DNA of 64,000 nucleotides from a virus (Duplodnaviria; Heunggongvirae; Uroviricota; Caudoviricetes): IMG/VR virus record IMGVR_UViG_3300037067_007156, positions 205,519 to 269,518 of that record; one strand, 5' to 3'. Shown piece by piece: positions 19,531 to 27,995 of this stretch (position 1 is its first letter; each line of letters starts with the position of its first letter). The notes under the pieces were generated by a model. It saw only the letters and a program-made list of their open reading frames with translations, ran no database searches and was not told where the DNA came from. The position numbers and the translations under genes were made by a program.

Positions 19531-21189
19531 ATGCCTAAAATTCAAGGAAAACAATTAGCTGAAAATACAATAACACAAGACTTGTTGAATTTAGCTACAC
19601 CTTTATCTGGTGATACATTTTCTGGAACAACCGTAGAATATGTAAATAATGCAATTACATCTATAACAGGTTCTACTGTTATCGGTCAGGCAGAAGACCC
19701 GTCTGGTTACGTGGATGGAATTTTCACAGATTTTACACCGTCAACACCAGTCGGAACTGCTATTGATAGGTTTAATGAGATGCTATTATTACTTGCACCA
19801 TCAGTTCCTAATAGTAGTTGGGATAATGTTTTTTCTAATTTAACATTTAATGAAACTTTATATTCGGCAAGAGCATTGACAAGTGGTTCAGCTGTTAGTA
19901 ATATAACAATTGTTACGACACCGACATTTACCTTAACTGATACGGTGGGCACTGAAACAAATGCAAGGGCTTTACCCACTGGTACTAATACATTAACTTT
20001 TACTTTAACAGATAGTGTTAATGGAATAATTGAAACAGAAGTTATTAATTCAGGAAGCACAGGAGATGCGTCTGGTCTTATTCAATATACAGTTGCTGAC
20101 CCGTATCAAGGTATATCTGGTAAACAAGGATTTTGGACAGGTATTACAGCATTTAGTGTTACTGGTGATATTACACCTGCTTTAATAGCAAATTCAACTC
20201 AAAGAACATTAACATTCACACATGTGGGGATAGATTCACCCGAAACGTTTAATTATTATTTAGATAGTCCTTTAACAGTTACTATTGGAACAATTTCTGC
20301 TACAATGCCAGCAATGACAAGATATATTAGTGGTGTTCCGTCATTAGCAACAGGTGATGTTATAACTGGTATTGGTTTTAATATTAATAATGTAGCAAGT
20401 TATTTTTATGCTGCAACATCAGTTTATCAAATAAATGCCGGATTAGTTGGTGGTTCAACTGGTGACCCTAATACTATACCAACAAATAGTGGTGAAACTG
20501 GAACAGTAACAGGTAAGACTGCAACTGTATTAACAGGTCAATATAGTGATACAACATTTACTTTTACAGTAAGAGGAAGAAATTCTATTGGAACTTATGG
20601 TAGTAACACTACATACACAAATGGTGCATATAGAGTTGATACAGTTTCAGTTGAAACATCAAGATTAATATCGGGTTCAGGTAGTTATCCGGCAGGTGGT
20701 TATGGTGGAGTGTATGATTCTACTCAATCGTTAGTTGGTACATATACTGAAGAACTCATGATGAAAAATAATATTTATCAATATCCTTCAATTGACTATA
20801 CAGCTTTCGGTGGGCCTGATTATTCTACTGCATCTGGAACACGTTGGGTGACATTCAATCTTGGGACATTTACAAATAATGCTGCTTTTACTTTGAATTT
20901 TATAGGTTCAACAGGTATATCAGTTATTTATGGACAAGCTGATTTATTGGTTGAAGTTAAAATATCTGGTGCTACATCTTGGGTTGATGGTGATGCTGCT
21001 TATAGTGGAAGTGGTAATCCGGGTTCTGGTGCTGATGGCGTAGCTGCTGTTGTAGTAGGTAGTTCAACTGCAACATCAAGAAGAATAACTTTTGGTTCAA
21101 TTACTTATTCTGGTGCGATTATAGTAAGAATAGGTTTAACTAACAGTGGTGTTACCTTCACGGGTTTAACAGCAACAAGTTTAGTATAA
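19531..21189 (+). CDS. Ser/Thr/Gly-rich virion fibre or decoration protein (paralog A')
   Basis: MPKIQGKQL start and a C-terminus related to 13147..14907. TTAATATATA at 19480-19489. Confidence 0.7.
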   Translation: MPKIQGKQLAENTITQDLLNLATPLSGDTFSGTTVEYVNNAITSITGSTVIGQAEDPSGYVDGIFTDFTPSTPVGTAIDRFNEMLLLLAPSVPNSSWDNVFSNLTFNETLYSARALTSGSAVSNITIVTTPTFTLTDTVGTETNARALPTGTNTLTFTLTDSVNGIIETEVINSGSTGDASGLIQYTVADPYQGISGKQGFWTGITAFSVTGDITPALIANSTQRTLTFTHVGIDSPETFNYYLDSPLTVTIGTISATMPAMTRYISGVPSLATGDVITGIGFNINNVASYFYAATSVYQINAGLVGGSTGDPNTIPTNSGETGTVTGKTATVLTGQYSDTTFTFTVRGRNSIGTYGSNTTYTNGAYRVDTVSVETSRLISGSGSYPAGGYGGVYDSTQSLVGTYTEELMMKNNIYQYPSIDYTAFGGPDYSTASGTRWVTFNLGTFTNNAAFTLNFIGSTGISVIYGQADLLVEVKISGATSWVDGDAAYSGSGNPGSGADGVAAVVVGSSTATSRRITFGSITYSGAIIVRIGLTNSGVTFTGLTATSLV

Positions 21190-21230
21190 ATTTATTATAT
21201 AAGATAAATTAAAAAACAATATAAATAAAA

Positions 21231-23192
21231 ATGGCATTAACTTCCGACCAAAAATCAAGTAGGCTCTTTAAAAAGTTGTTAGGTGCATCGGAAACATTAA
21301 CAACAAGAGATTTTTTTGAAGAACCCAGATTAGGAAAAACATCAATATTACCAACTCAAATATGGGCTGAAGCAAATCAAATTCCAATACCAGCTCCCAC
21401 ATTAACTAATGCCCAGATAGAAGGTGTTGTTCAATATTTTGAAAAATTATCTTTAACCCACATACCGGGTTCAGGGGGTAAAGCTTTTTATCATGTATCG
21501 TTAAAAAATAGTATAACTTTTAATTTTGATACTGGTGGTACATATAATTATGCTTTATATAAAAGTGATGGCACAACAGTTATACCATTTGGTGAAAGTG
21601 ATTGGTTGATCGATAATGAAGCGGGAGTTTTAACTTTTTATGGTGCAACTTTACCATCTGGTGTATCAGATGTTTTACCACCACAAGTATCATTTTATAA
21701 ATATGTTGGCGCATTAGGCTTACCGTCTGGTTCAACGGCTGGTTTAAATGTTCATGATTCAGTTAAATATGCTACAACAGGACAAACTGATGCAACTTAT
21801 TCAACAGGAACAAGTGGGTTTACAACTTTACCGTCAAATGTAGATGAAGCAACTTCTTTTAATGAAGGTGATAGAATTTTAATAAAAAATCAGGTAACTG
21901 GATATGAAAATGGTGTTTATGTTGTAAGTGGAACAACACTCGTTAGGGCACAAGATTCAAATGGTACTCCATTCGGGGAAGTATCATTAAATGATTATGT
22001 GTTCGTAACATCTGGTGCTACTAATATAGCAACATCATGGGTTATTGGAAGTTCAAGTTCATTGAATCCACAAGGATATATTACTGTTGGTGTAGATACT
22101 CAAATATGGACAATATTTTCAGCTAGTAAAGCTTACACTGCTGATGGAAATGCACTTAAATTAAATAGTAGTATATTTTCTGTTGATTTAAATGATACCG
22201 AATTTAGTGGAACAACTTTTCATAATTATAATTCGGGTTTATATCAAAGTGTGGATGGTTTAAGAATTGCAACACCAGTTGTTACTGATATATTAACGTT
22301 GAGTGCTACAACTGAAACATTGACAAGTAATATTTTATCATTAGAAACCATAATTGATGGTGCTGTTACTGGATTAACATCTCTGGAAACTACGATTTCA
22401 ACTGAAATTTCAAACAGGCTATCTGGTGATACATCATTAACAACTGTTATTAATAATTTAAGTGGTGTTACAACTCAAACAGCTGGTTCTGGATTAACTT
22501 ACAACACATTAGAACAGTCGTTAAATGTAAATGTTGATGGAGTAACTATTGAAATATCGGGTGATACTTTACAAATTACAACAAGTTATACAAATTCTTT
22601 AGAAACAGCAATTGAAAACTCTGTAACTGGATTAACATCCTTAGAAACTGTTATTTCAAGTAATACATCAAATATATCACTTTTAAGTGGTGAGACCTCT
22701 TCATTATCTACTGCAATTTCAACTGAAATTTCAAACAGGTTATCTGGTGATACATCATTAACAACTGTTATTAATAATTTAAGTGGTGTTACAACTCAGA
22801 CTGCTGGTTCTGGATTAACTTACAACACATTAGAACAGTCGTTAAATGTAAATGTTGACGGTTATACAATAAAAATAGTTAATGACGAGTTAAGAGGTGC
22901 GCAAACTTGGATTCAATCGACATACTCTGCTAATATTACAAGTGGTACTACTGGCTCAACTGGTTTAGTTTTAACTTATGAACCCATAACACCTGTTCAA
23001 GCTACTATAAATGGTATAGAATACTTAATAAGCGTAACAACTGCAAGTCAAACTAATATGCCATTTTATTTCGATGCTTATCCAGCAATACAAGGTTCTA
23101 CATTATATTTTGACGCATCTGAAGGTGGTTTCGGTATAGAAAGTGGTATTGATTTGATTGTTATTAAATACTCATATATTGATATAACATAA
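21231..23192 (+). CDS. virion fibre protein (paralog B') with SLST/E..R..D stalk repeats
   Basis: Contains a RILIKNQ...ENGVY module, ISTEISNRLSGDTSL repeats and the shared C-terminal module. Confidence 0.75.
   Translation: MALTSDQKSSRLFKKLLGASETLTTRDFFEEPRLGKTSILPTQIWAEANQIPIPAPTLTNAQIEGVVQYFEKLSLTHIPGSGGKAFYHVSLKNSITFNFDTGGTYNYALYKSDGTTVIPFGESDWLIDNEAGVLTFYGATLPSGVSDVLPPQVSFYKYVGALGLPSGSTAGLNVHDSVKYATTGQTDATYSTGTSGFTTLPSNVDEATSFNEGDRILIKNQVTGYENGVYVVSGTTLVRAQDSNGTPFGEVSLNDYVFVTSGATNIATSWVIGSSSSLNPQGYITVGVDTQIWTIFSASKAYTADGNALKLNSSIFSVDLNDTEFSGTTFHNYNSGLYQSVDGLRIATPVVTDILTLSATTETLTSNILSLETIIDGAVTGLTSLETTISTEISNRLSGDTSLTTVINNLSGVTTQTAGSGLTYNTLEQSLNVNVDGVTIEISGDTLQITTSYTNSLETAIENSVTGLTSLETVISSNTSNISLLSGETSSLSTAISTEISNRLSGDTSLTTVINNLSGVTTQTAGSGLTYNTLEQSLNVNVDGYTIKIVNDELRGAQTWIQSTYSANITSGTTGSTGLVLTYEPITPVQATINGIEYLISVTTASQTNMPFYFDAYPAIQGSTLYFDASEGGFGIESGIDLIVIKYSYIDIT
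22395..22861 (+). repeat. 146-bp internal direct duplication (22395-22540 and 22716-22861)
   Basis: Four mismatches, all synonymous, with 321-bp spacing. Confidence 0.9.
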
Positions 23193-23214
23193 ATCGTTAA
23201 TCTCAATTTTTTAT

Positions 23215-23246
23215 AAAAAAAGAGGGAATTTATTTTCCTCTTTTTT
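23215..23246. terminator. bidirectional intrinsic terminator
   Basis: A7-GAGG / CCTC-T7 between convergent genes. Confidence 0.7.
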
Positions 23247-23428
23247 TATAAATTACTAATAATTGGTGCTTCTGGTCGTTTTCCACATTTAATTATATTT
23301 GTTACTGTTATTTCACCTTCTGCACCAATGATTTTATCACCTATTTTCACATCTTTTGCTTTTTTCCAACCTCGTTTAGTCGATAAAAAAGTTTCATCAC
23401 TAAACAAATATTCATTATTTATTTTCAT
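23246..23428 (-). CDS. small protein resembling an intein/Hint N-terminal splicing region
   Basis: FSDETFLSTKRGWKKAKDVKIGDKII...TVTNI resembles intein block A and what follows it, but lacks the N-terminal Cys/Ser. Confidence 0.5.
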   Translation of the reverse strand: MKINNEYLFSDETFLSTKRGWKKAKDVKIGDKIIGAEGEITVTNIIKCGKRPEAPIISNL

Positions 23429-23556
23429 TCATTTAAATTTAATGTTAATAATAAATTAATCAAAGTTAAAATATTTATTCAAATTAAAAAAATACAAAAA
23501 TTATTTTTTTTAATTTAATATATAATATGTAAATAATAAAATAATTATAAAATATT

Positions 23557-24747
23557 ATGGCTACTTTATTAAAAGGTAAACAAATAAGTCCTCAAACTGT
23601 TACTATTAGCGGTTCTACTGGTAACGTGATAGTTAAAGGTGATTTAGATATGTTATCTTATAATGTTGTTATATCTGGGACACCAACTGCTAATAACCAA
23701 GCAGTTAATAAAGCATATGTTGATGCGGTAGCTCAAGGTTTAATACCACACGCACCTGTAAAGGTGGTTGCATTAACAACAGTTTCATCATTAACAGGTA
23801 CAACAACAATAGATGGTTATGTAACTTCTGCTGACGACCGAGTTTTGTTAACAAACCAAGGTGGTACAGGAATTGGTGATTCTAATACACAAAATGGTTT
23901 ATGGTTAGTTAAAGTTGGTGCGTGGACAAGACCCACTGATGCTGACGGCACACCTTCTAATGAAGTTGCTTTAGGTGATTTTGTTTATGTCGAAACAGGT
24001 AACACTTATACATCTTCTGGGTGGGTATTAGCTGGTACTGATGGGAATTCGGATAACAATATTGAAGTTGGTGTTGAAGCTCAAAAATGGGTGCAGGTTT
24101 CAGCACCCGGACAATATAGTACAGATGGTGAAGGTATCGAACTTGTCGGAAATGTATTTAATCTTGAATTAGATGGGACGACTTTAAGTAAATCGGGTAC
24201 TGGTTTAAGAGTTTCGTCATCTTTATTGACAACAATTTCAACTGATATTTCAACTGCCGTTTCAGGTGAAGCATCTATAAGAACTTCGGCTGATTCTTCA
24301 TTATCAACAGACCTTTCTTCTGAAATATCAACAAGAAAAAGTGTCAATACATCATTATCAACAGCTATATCAACAGAAATATCTACAAGAAATTCTGTCG
24401 ATACATCATTATCAACTGTTATTGGTAATATTCAAGCTCCTACTTACTTTGAACAATTATTAATACCAGTAAATAGTGGGTCTTCAACTGCTGTGAATAT
24501 TGGTACTGCTTTTGTTCATGGTGTAACTGATGGTTCTGTTGATGAATCAACTATTATTGTATTCTTAAATGGTATAGAGTATACATTCGAATATACACAA
24601 GGTACACCTGCTGTATTTCACACAGATGGTGTCACACCTACATCTACTGGTACAACATTATATTTTGATGGGGTTGAAGCTGGATTCGCTATCGAAACTA
24701 CTGATGGTGTTAAAATTAAATATGTGGTTACTATTCAATATAATTAA
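23557..24747 (+). CDS. virion fibre protein with 18-aa SLST stalk repeats
   Basis: MATLLKGKQI start, AVNKAYVD, a RVLLTNQ...NGLW module, 18-aa repeats and the shared C-terminal module. TTAATATATA at 23515-23524. Confidence 0.75.
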   Translation: MATLLKGKQISPQTVTISGSTGNVIVKGDLDMLSYNVVISGTPTANNQAVNKAYVDAVAQGLIPHAPVKVVALTTVSSLTGTTTIDGYVTSADDRVLLTNQGGTGIGDSNTQNGLWLVKVGAWTRPTDADGTPSNEVALGDFVYVETGNTYTSSGWVLAGTDGNSDNNIEVGVEAQKWVQVSAPGQYSTDGEGIELVGNVFNLELDGTTLSKSGTGLRVSSSLLTTISTDISTAVSGEASIRTSADSSLSTDLSSEISTRKSVNTSLSTAISTEISTRNSVDTSLSTVIGNIQAPTYFEQLLIPVNSGSSTAVNIGTAFVHGVTDGSVDESTIIVFLNGIEYTFEYTQGTPAVFHTDGVTPTSTGTTLYFDGVEAGFAIETTDGVKIKYVVTIQYN

Positions 24748-24767
24748 GATAGTTAGGTTAATAGATA

Positions 24768-24801
24768 AAAAAAGAGTGTTACAAAAGTGACACTCTTTTT
24801 T
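24768..24801. terminator. bidirectional intrinsic terminator
   Basis: AAAAAAGAGTGTTA / TGACACTCTTTTTT between convergent genes. Confidence 0.75.
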
Positions 24802-24803
24802 GT

Positions 24804-25817
24804 TTAGTCGATTATGATTTTTTTATTATCAAAATATTTTTCTATGATGCCTAATATAAATTCTTTAGAGAAATTATATCGAATGTTTAAATCACTTACT
24901 ATCTTGTTTAAATAAACATAAGAGGAAGTATGTGAATTATATTTTAGTAGCCCTTTAATATGATTATAAACAATAAATTCATCCCCCTTCGGTTTATTTT
25001 TTATAGTAAGTGTCATATTATTATTTTTTGCAATTTGATAAGCTGTTTGGGTTTTTATGCCAAATTTTTTACCAAGGTCATAAGCATCTATCTTACCACC
25101 AGTGGCAATTATTATAAATTCAGACAATAAACTATCAGACAATAAACTTTTTCTACCTCTTTTAAGAACGGTTTTAATGGGGTTTATTTCTGGTTGGATT
25201 TCTGGTTGGATTTCTATTTTCTGTTTACTAAAAGGTTTTAAACCAAGTTCTTTGTATAATTTACGTATTGTTTGATGGTCTACATCAAGTGCTTTTGATA
25301 TTTCAAGTATGGTTTGTGTTTTATAATATTCTTGAATATAATTTATCCTAATGTTCTTTTTAATTAGAACTTTAGATTGTTTTTGTTTTGGTTCAACGTT
25401 TTTAGTAGAATATTTTTTTCTACCTTTTCTTAGTTTAACACCAAGTTCTTTATAAAGGTTTAAAATAGTTTGATAACTAAGATTTAAATCAGTAGCTATT
25501 TCATTTGCCGTTTTAATTTCGAGGTTATCCAGAATATATTTTATTCTTATTTCTTTCTTAGGATTAATTTTTGGTTGGGTGGCTTCAGGTTGTTGTATAT
25601 CTACTGATAATACTTTTTCAGTTTCTTTTAAAGTGTCACGCAATTTGATTAAATTCTCAACCCCGATAGTAAAGTATTCGGAATTTAATATTTCAGATAG
25701 TTTAGAAACAGAACTCCCAGATAGGAGTTCTGTTTTATTGTTGATGATATTTTCAATTTTGTCAATGAAATTGAGTATATCCCCTTCTATATATGCATGG
25801 AGCGTATTCATACACAT
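24804..25817 (-). CDS. multi-helix-turn-helix DNA-binding protein
   Basis: Three HTH-like segments: ANEIATDLNLSYQTI, ILEISKALDVDHQTI and AYDLGKKFGIKTQTA. Confidence 0.6.
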   Translation of the reverse strand: MCMNTLHAYIEGDILNFIDKIENIINNKTELLSGSSVSKLSEILNSEYFTIGVENLIKLRDTLKETEKVLSVDIQQPEATQPKINPKKEIRIKYILDNLEIKTANEIATDLNLSYQTILNLYKELGVKLRKGRKKYSTKNVEPKQKQSKVLIKKNIRINYIQEYYKTQTILEISKALDVDHQTIRKLYKELGLKPFSKQKIEIQPEIQPEINPIKTVLKRGRKSLLSDSLLSEFIIIATGGKIDAYDLGKKFGIKTQTAYQIAKNNNMTLTIKNKPKGDEFIVYNHIKGLLKYNSHTSSYVYLNKIVSDLNIRYNFSKEFILGIIEKYFDNKKIIID

Positions 25818-25818
25818 T

Positions 25819-26859
25819 TTAGATATTAAACAGTTTCATCCCGTTTCTTTCAAAACTACTGTTATTGTTGAAAGATGTATATGGTATAGGTTTTATCAAA
25901 ACCGTTTTTTTACCACCAGAAAGAAATTCGACATCTTTTTCCCAATTATTTAGGGGTTTGTTTTCGCAATATCTTTTCCATGCCAAACTAAAACGGTTGA
26001 ACGCTTTCTTATACCTGTCTCGGTCTCGTGTAGTTGATAAACCATTCAATAAATGTATTTGTTCGATAAGTTTTGGAATGGGGTGATTCAAACTTGCGTG
26101 GTTAACAGGGCTTAACAAATCTCTAAGAAAATTGGTTGCTTCGACTGGCTTTTCTTTTATGATTATTAAGGAAAAAGCCACCATGTCAGATTTGCTAATA
26201 AAATCTTTTATAACTTTTTTATTTTTTGGAGCTGAATCAACGATAGTCCAAAATTGATTTATTTCCCTTACATGATTACCCACTAAAGTTGAGTATGAAC
26301 GGATGGGTGTGTTCAATTTTCTGGTTTTTCCTGTTGAACCGAGACCACCACGAATCATTTTTAAGGCACTGATGGTGACTGAATTTTGAGTATCGCTTAA
26401 CCCAGTAATAGTGTCAATCGATTTTGCTTTAATGTGGTCTTTTAACACACGACCAGAACCTGCATCAATTTTGTTATAAGCATCATCAAGTTCTTCTATG
26501 GTGTTGTAATGGTTGAACCTATAAAGAAGATTATAAGAAAAACTATGCGGGGGTAAATTTTTAACGCCACCGATTATACTCATTCGATGATTAAAATCAA
26601 TCATTAAAGCTGACTCACCTTTAACAACACCAATGATAACAGTTGATAAGTTTTCATCGAAATTCCCATTTACCATTTCATTGTAAAGTTCTTCTAATTT
26701 GTTGGGTTTCAAATCTCTTTGCCTATCATATTTATAAGTAGACAAGATATACTTTGCAACAGCCTCATCTGTTTGAATTAATGAAAATTGAGGTTGTTGA
26801 GTGTTCCGACAGTGCATTATGCACGATAAAATATTGTTAATAGATTGTTTTGAAGCCAT
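25819..26859 (-). CDS. ParB/DGQHR-like N-terminal domain protein
   Basis: QRDLKPNKL...EMVNGNF...IIG...LMIDFNHR, a DGQHR variant. Confidence 0.55.
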   Translation of the reverse strand: MASKQSINNILSCIMHCRNTQQPQFSLIQTDEAVAKYILSTYKYDRQRDLKPNKLEELYNEMVNGNFDENLSTVIIGVVKGESALMIDFNHRMSIIGGVKNLPPHSFSYNLLYRFNHYNTIEELDDAYNKIDAGSGRVLKDHIKAKSIDTITGLSDTQNSVTISALKMIRGGLGSTGKTRKLNTPIRSYSTLVGNHVREINQFWTIVDSAPKNKKVIKDFISKSDMVAFSLIIIKEKPVEATNFLRDLLSPVNHASLNHPIPKLIEQIHLLNGLSTTRDRDRYKKAFNRFSLAWKRYCENKPLNNWEKDVEFLSGGKKTVLIKPIPYTSFNNNSSFERNGMKLFNI

Positions 26860-26961
26860 ATTGTATATTTTTAGTTAATAATGATACAAATATTAATAAA
26901 AAAAATAAATAAAAAAAATTACACATAAAAATAATATAAATAATGTGTAAAAAATGATTTG

Positions 26962-27004
26962 AAATAATCAGGACATCATATACATATTATTGTCCTGATT
27001 ATTT
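26962..27004. promoter_or_regulatory. perfect 14-bp inverted repeat (stem-loop)
   Basis: AAATAATCAGGACA / TGTCCTGATTATTT with a 15-nt loop. Confidence 0.7.
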
Positions 27005-27005
27005 T

Positions 27006-27992
27006 ATAACGAACCCAAAATATTTTAATAAATACATTAAAAATAAAATATTTTAGTTTTTAAAGAAATTAATTGTATAAAGAAAAATGTTTAATTATGA
27101 ATATATATTCCATTGATATTGAAAATAATATAGAATATTATGAGCAGTATATGTTTAATGTAAATTAAAAAATTAATTTTTATCTTTTATTTCATCTGTC
27201 AGTTCTTCTATTTTAAAATTTATTTCTTCAATGATTTCTTCGGGTGTATAATCTGAATTATATTTCATTTCAAATTCGTTTCTTCTTCTTTCAAACGCAT
27301 TCGTCATACCAAATCTTTTTTCAGTTTCATCATAATCAGAAATTACAACCGATACATGATAATTTGCTTTTTCAAAACGGTCAATATTCATAATATTTTC
27401 AGTGTGATTTGTTATTCTTAATTTTATACGACCTAAATATTCATGTTCATTATCTAATATATCTATTATATTATATTTGTAATTACCATATTTTTTATAA
27501 AAATAATTTTGAACATCATTTAAAATCTCATTTGCTTTAACATTAATTGATGAAATTTCTTTACTATCAATAGTTTCATATTCACTTTCACTTTCATTTA
27601 TTTTTTCGTAATAATCTTCATCATTATGATAAGTTTCAATTGGATAATCTGTAATAGATTCATATTCTTCATCCAACTCATATATAAATTTATATTTATA
27701 TAATATTTTTGAAATTTCTACGCTCATATCATTACGAGTTTTCCATTCATCTGGTATGTCTGGATTATTAAATTCTGATAATGCTTTTTGATAATCAATA
27801 CCAAAATATATATTATCTGATGTGTTTGATGTATGAAATGTTACCGAATAAAATATTAATTCAAATACCTCATTTTGAATATTTTCGAATACTCTTATAA
27901 AATCTTCAATGTTTTTCAAATATTTCATTTTTGTATATATTAAATAACGAACCCAAAATATTTTAATAAATACATTAAAAATAAAATATTTT
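27006..27992. repeat. perfect 49-bp direct repeat pair (27006-27054 and 27944-27992) flanking one gene
   Basis: ATAACGAACCCAAAATATTTTAATAAATACATTAAAAATAAAATATTTT occurs twice. Confidence 0.9.
27173..27928 (-). CDS. acidic hypothetical protein with capsid-targeting-like leader
   Basis: Likely start MKYLKNIEDFIRVFE at 27928. The track extends the ORF through the direct repeat. TTAATATATA at 27934-27943. Confidence 0.75.
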   Translation of the reverse strand: MKYLKNIEDFIRVFENIQNEVFELIFYSVTFHTSNTSDNIYFGIDYQKALSEFNNPDIPDEWKTRNDMSVEISKILYKYKFIYELDEEYESITDYPIETYHNDEDYYEKINESESEYETIDSKEISSINVKANEILNDVQNYFYKKYGNYKYNIIDILDNEHEYLGRIKLRITNHTENIMNIDRFEKANYHVSVVISDYDETEKRFGMTNAFERRRNEFEMKYNSDYTPEEIIEEINFKIEELTDEIKDKN

Positions 27993-27995
27993 TTA

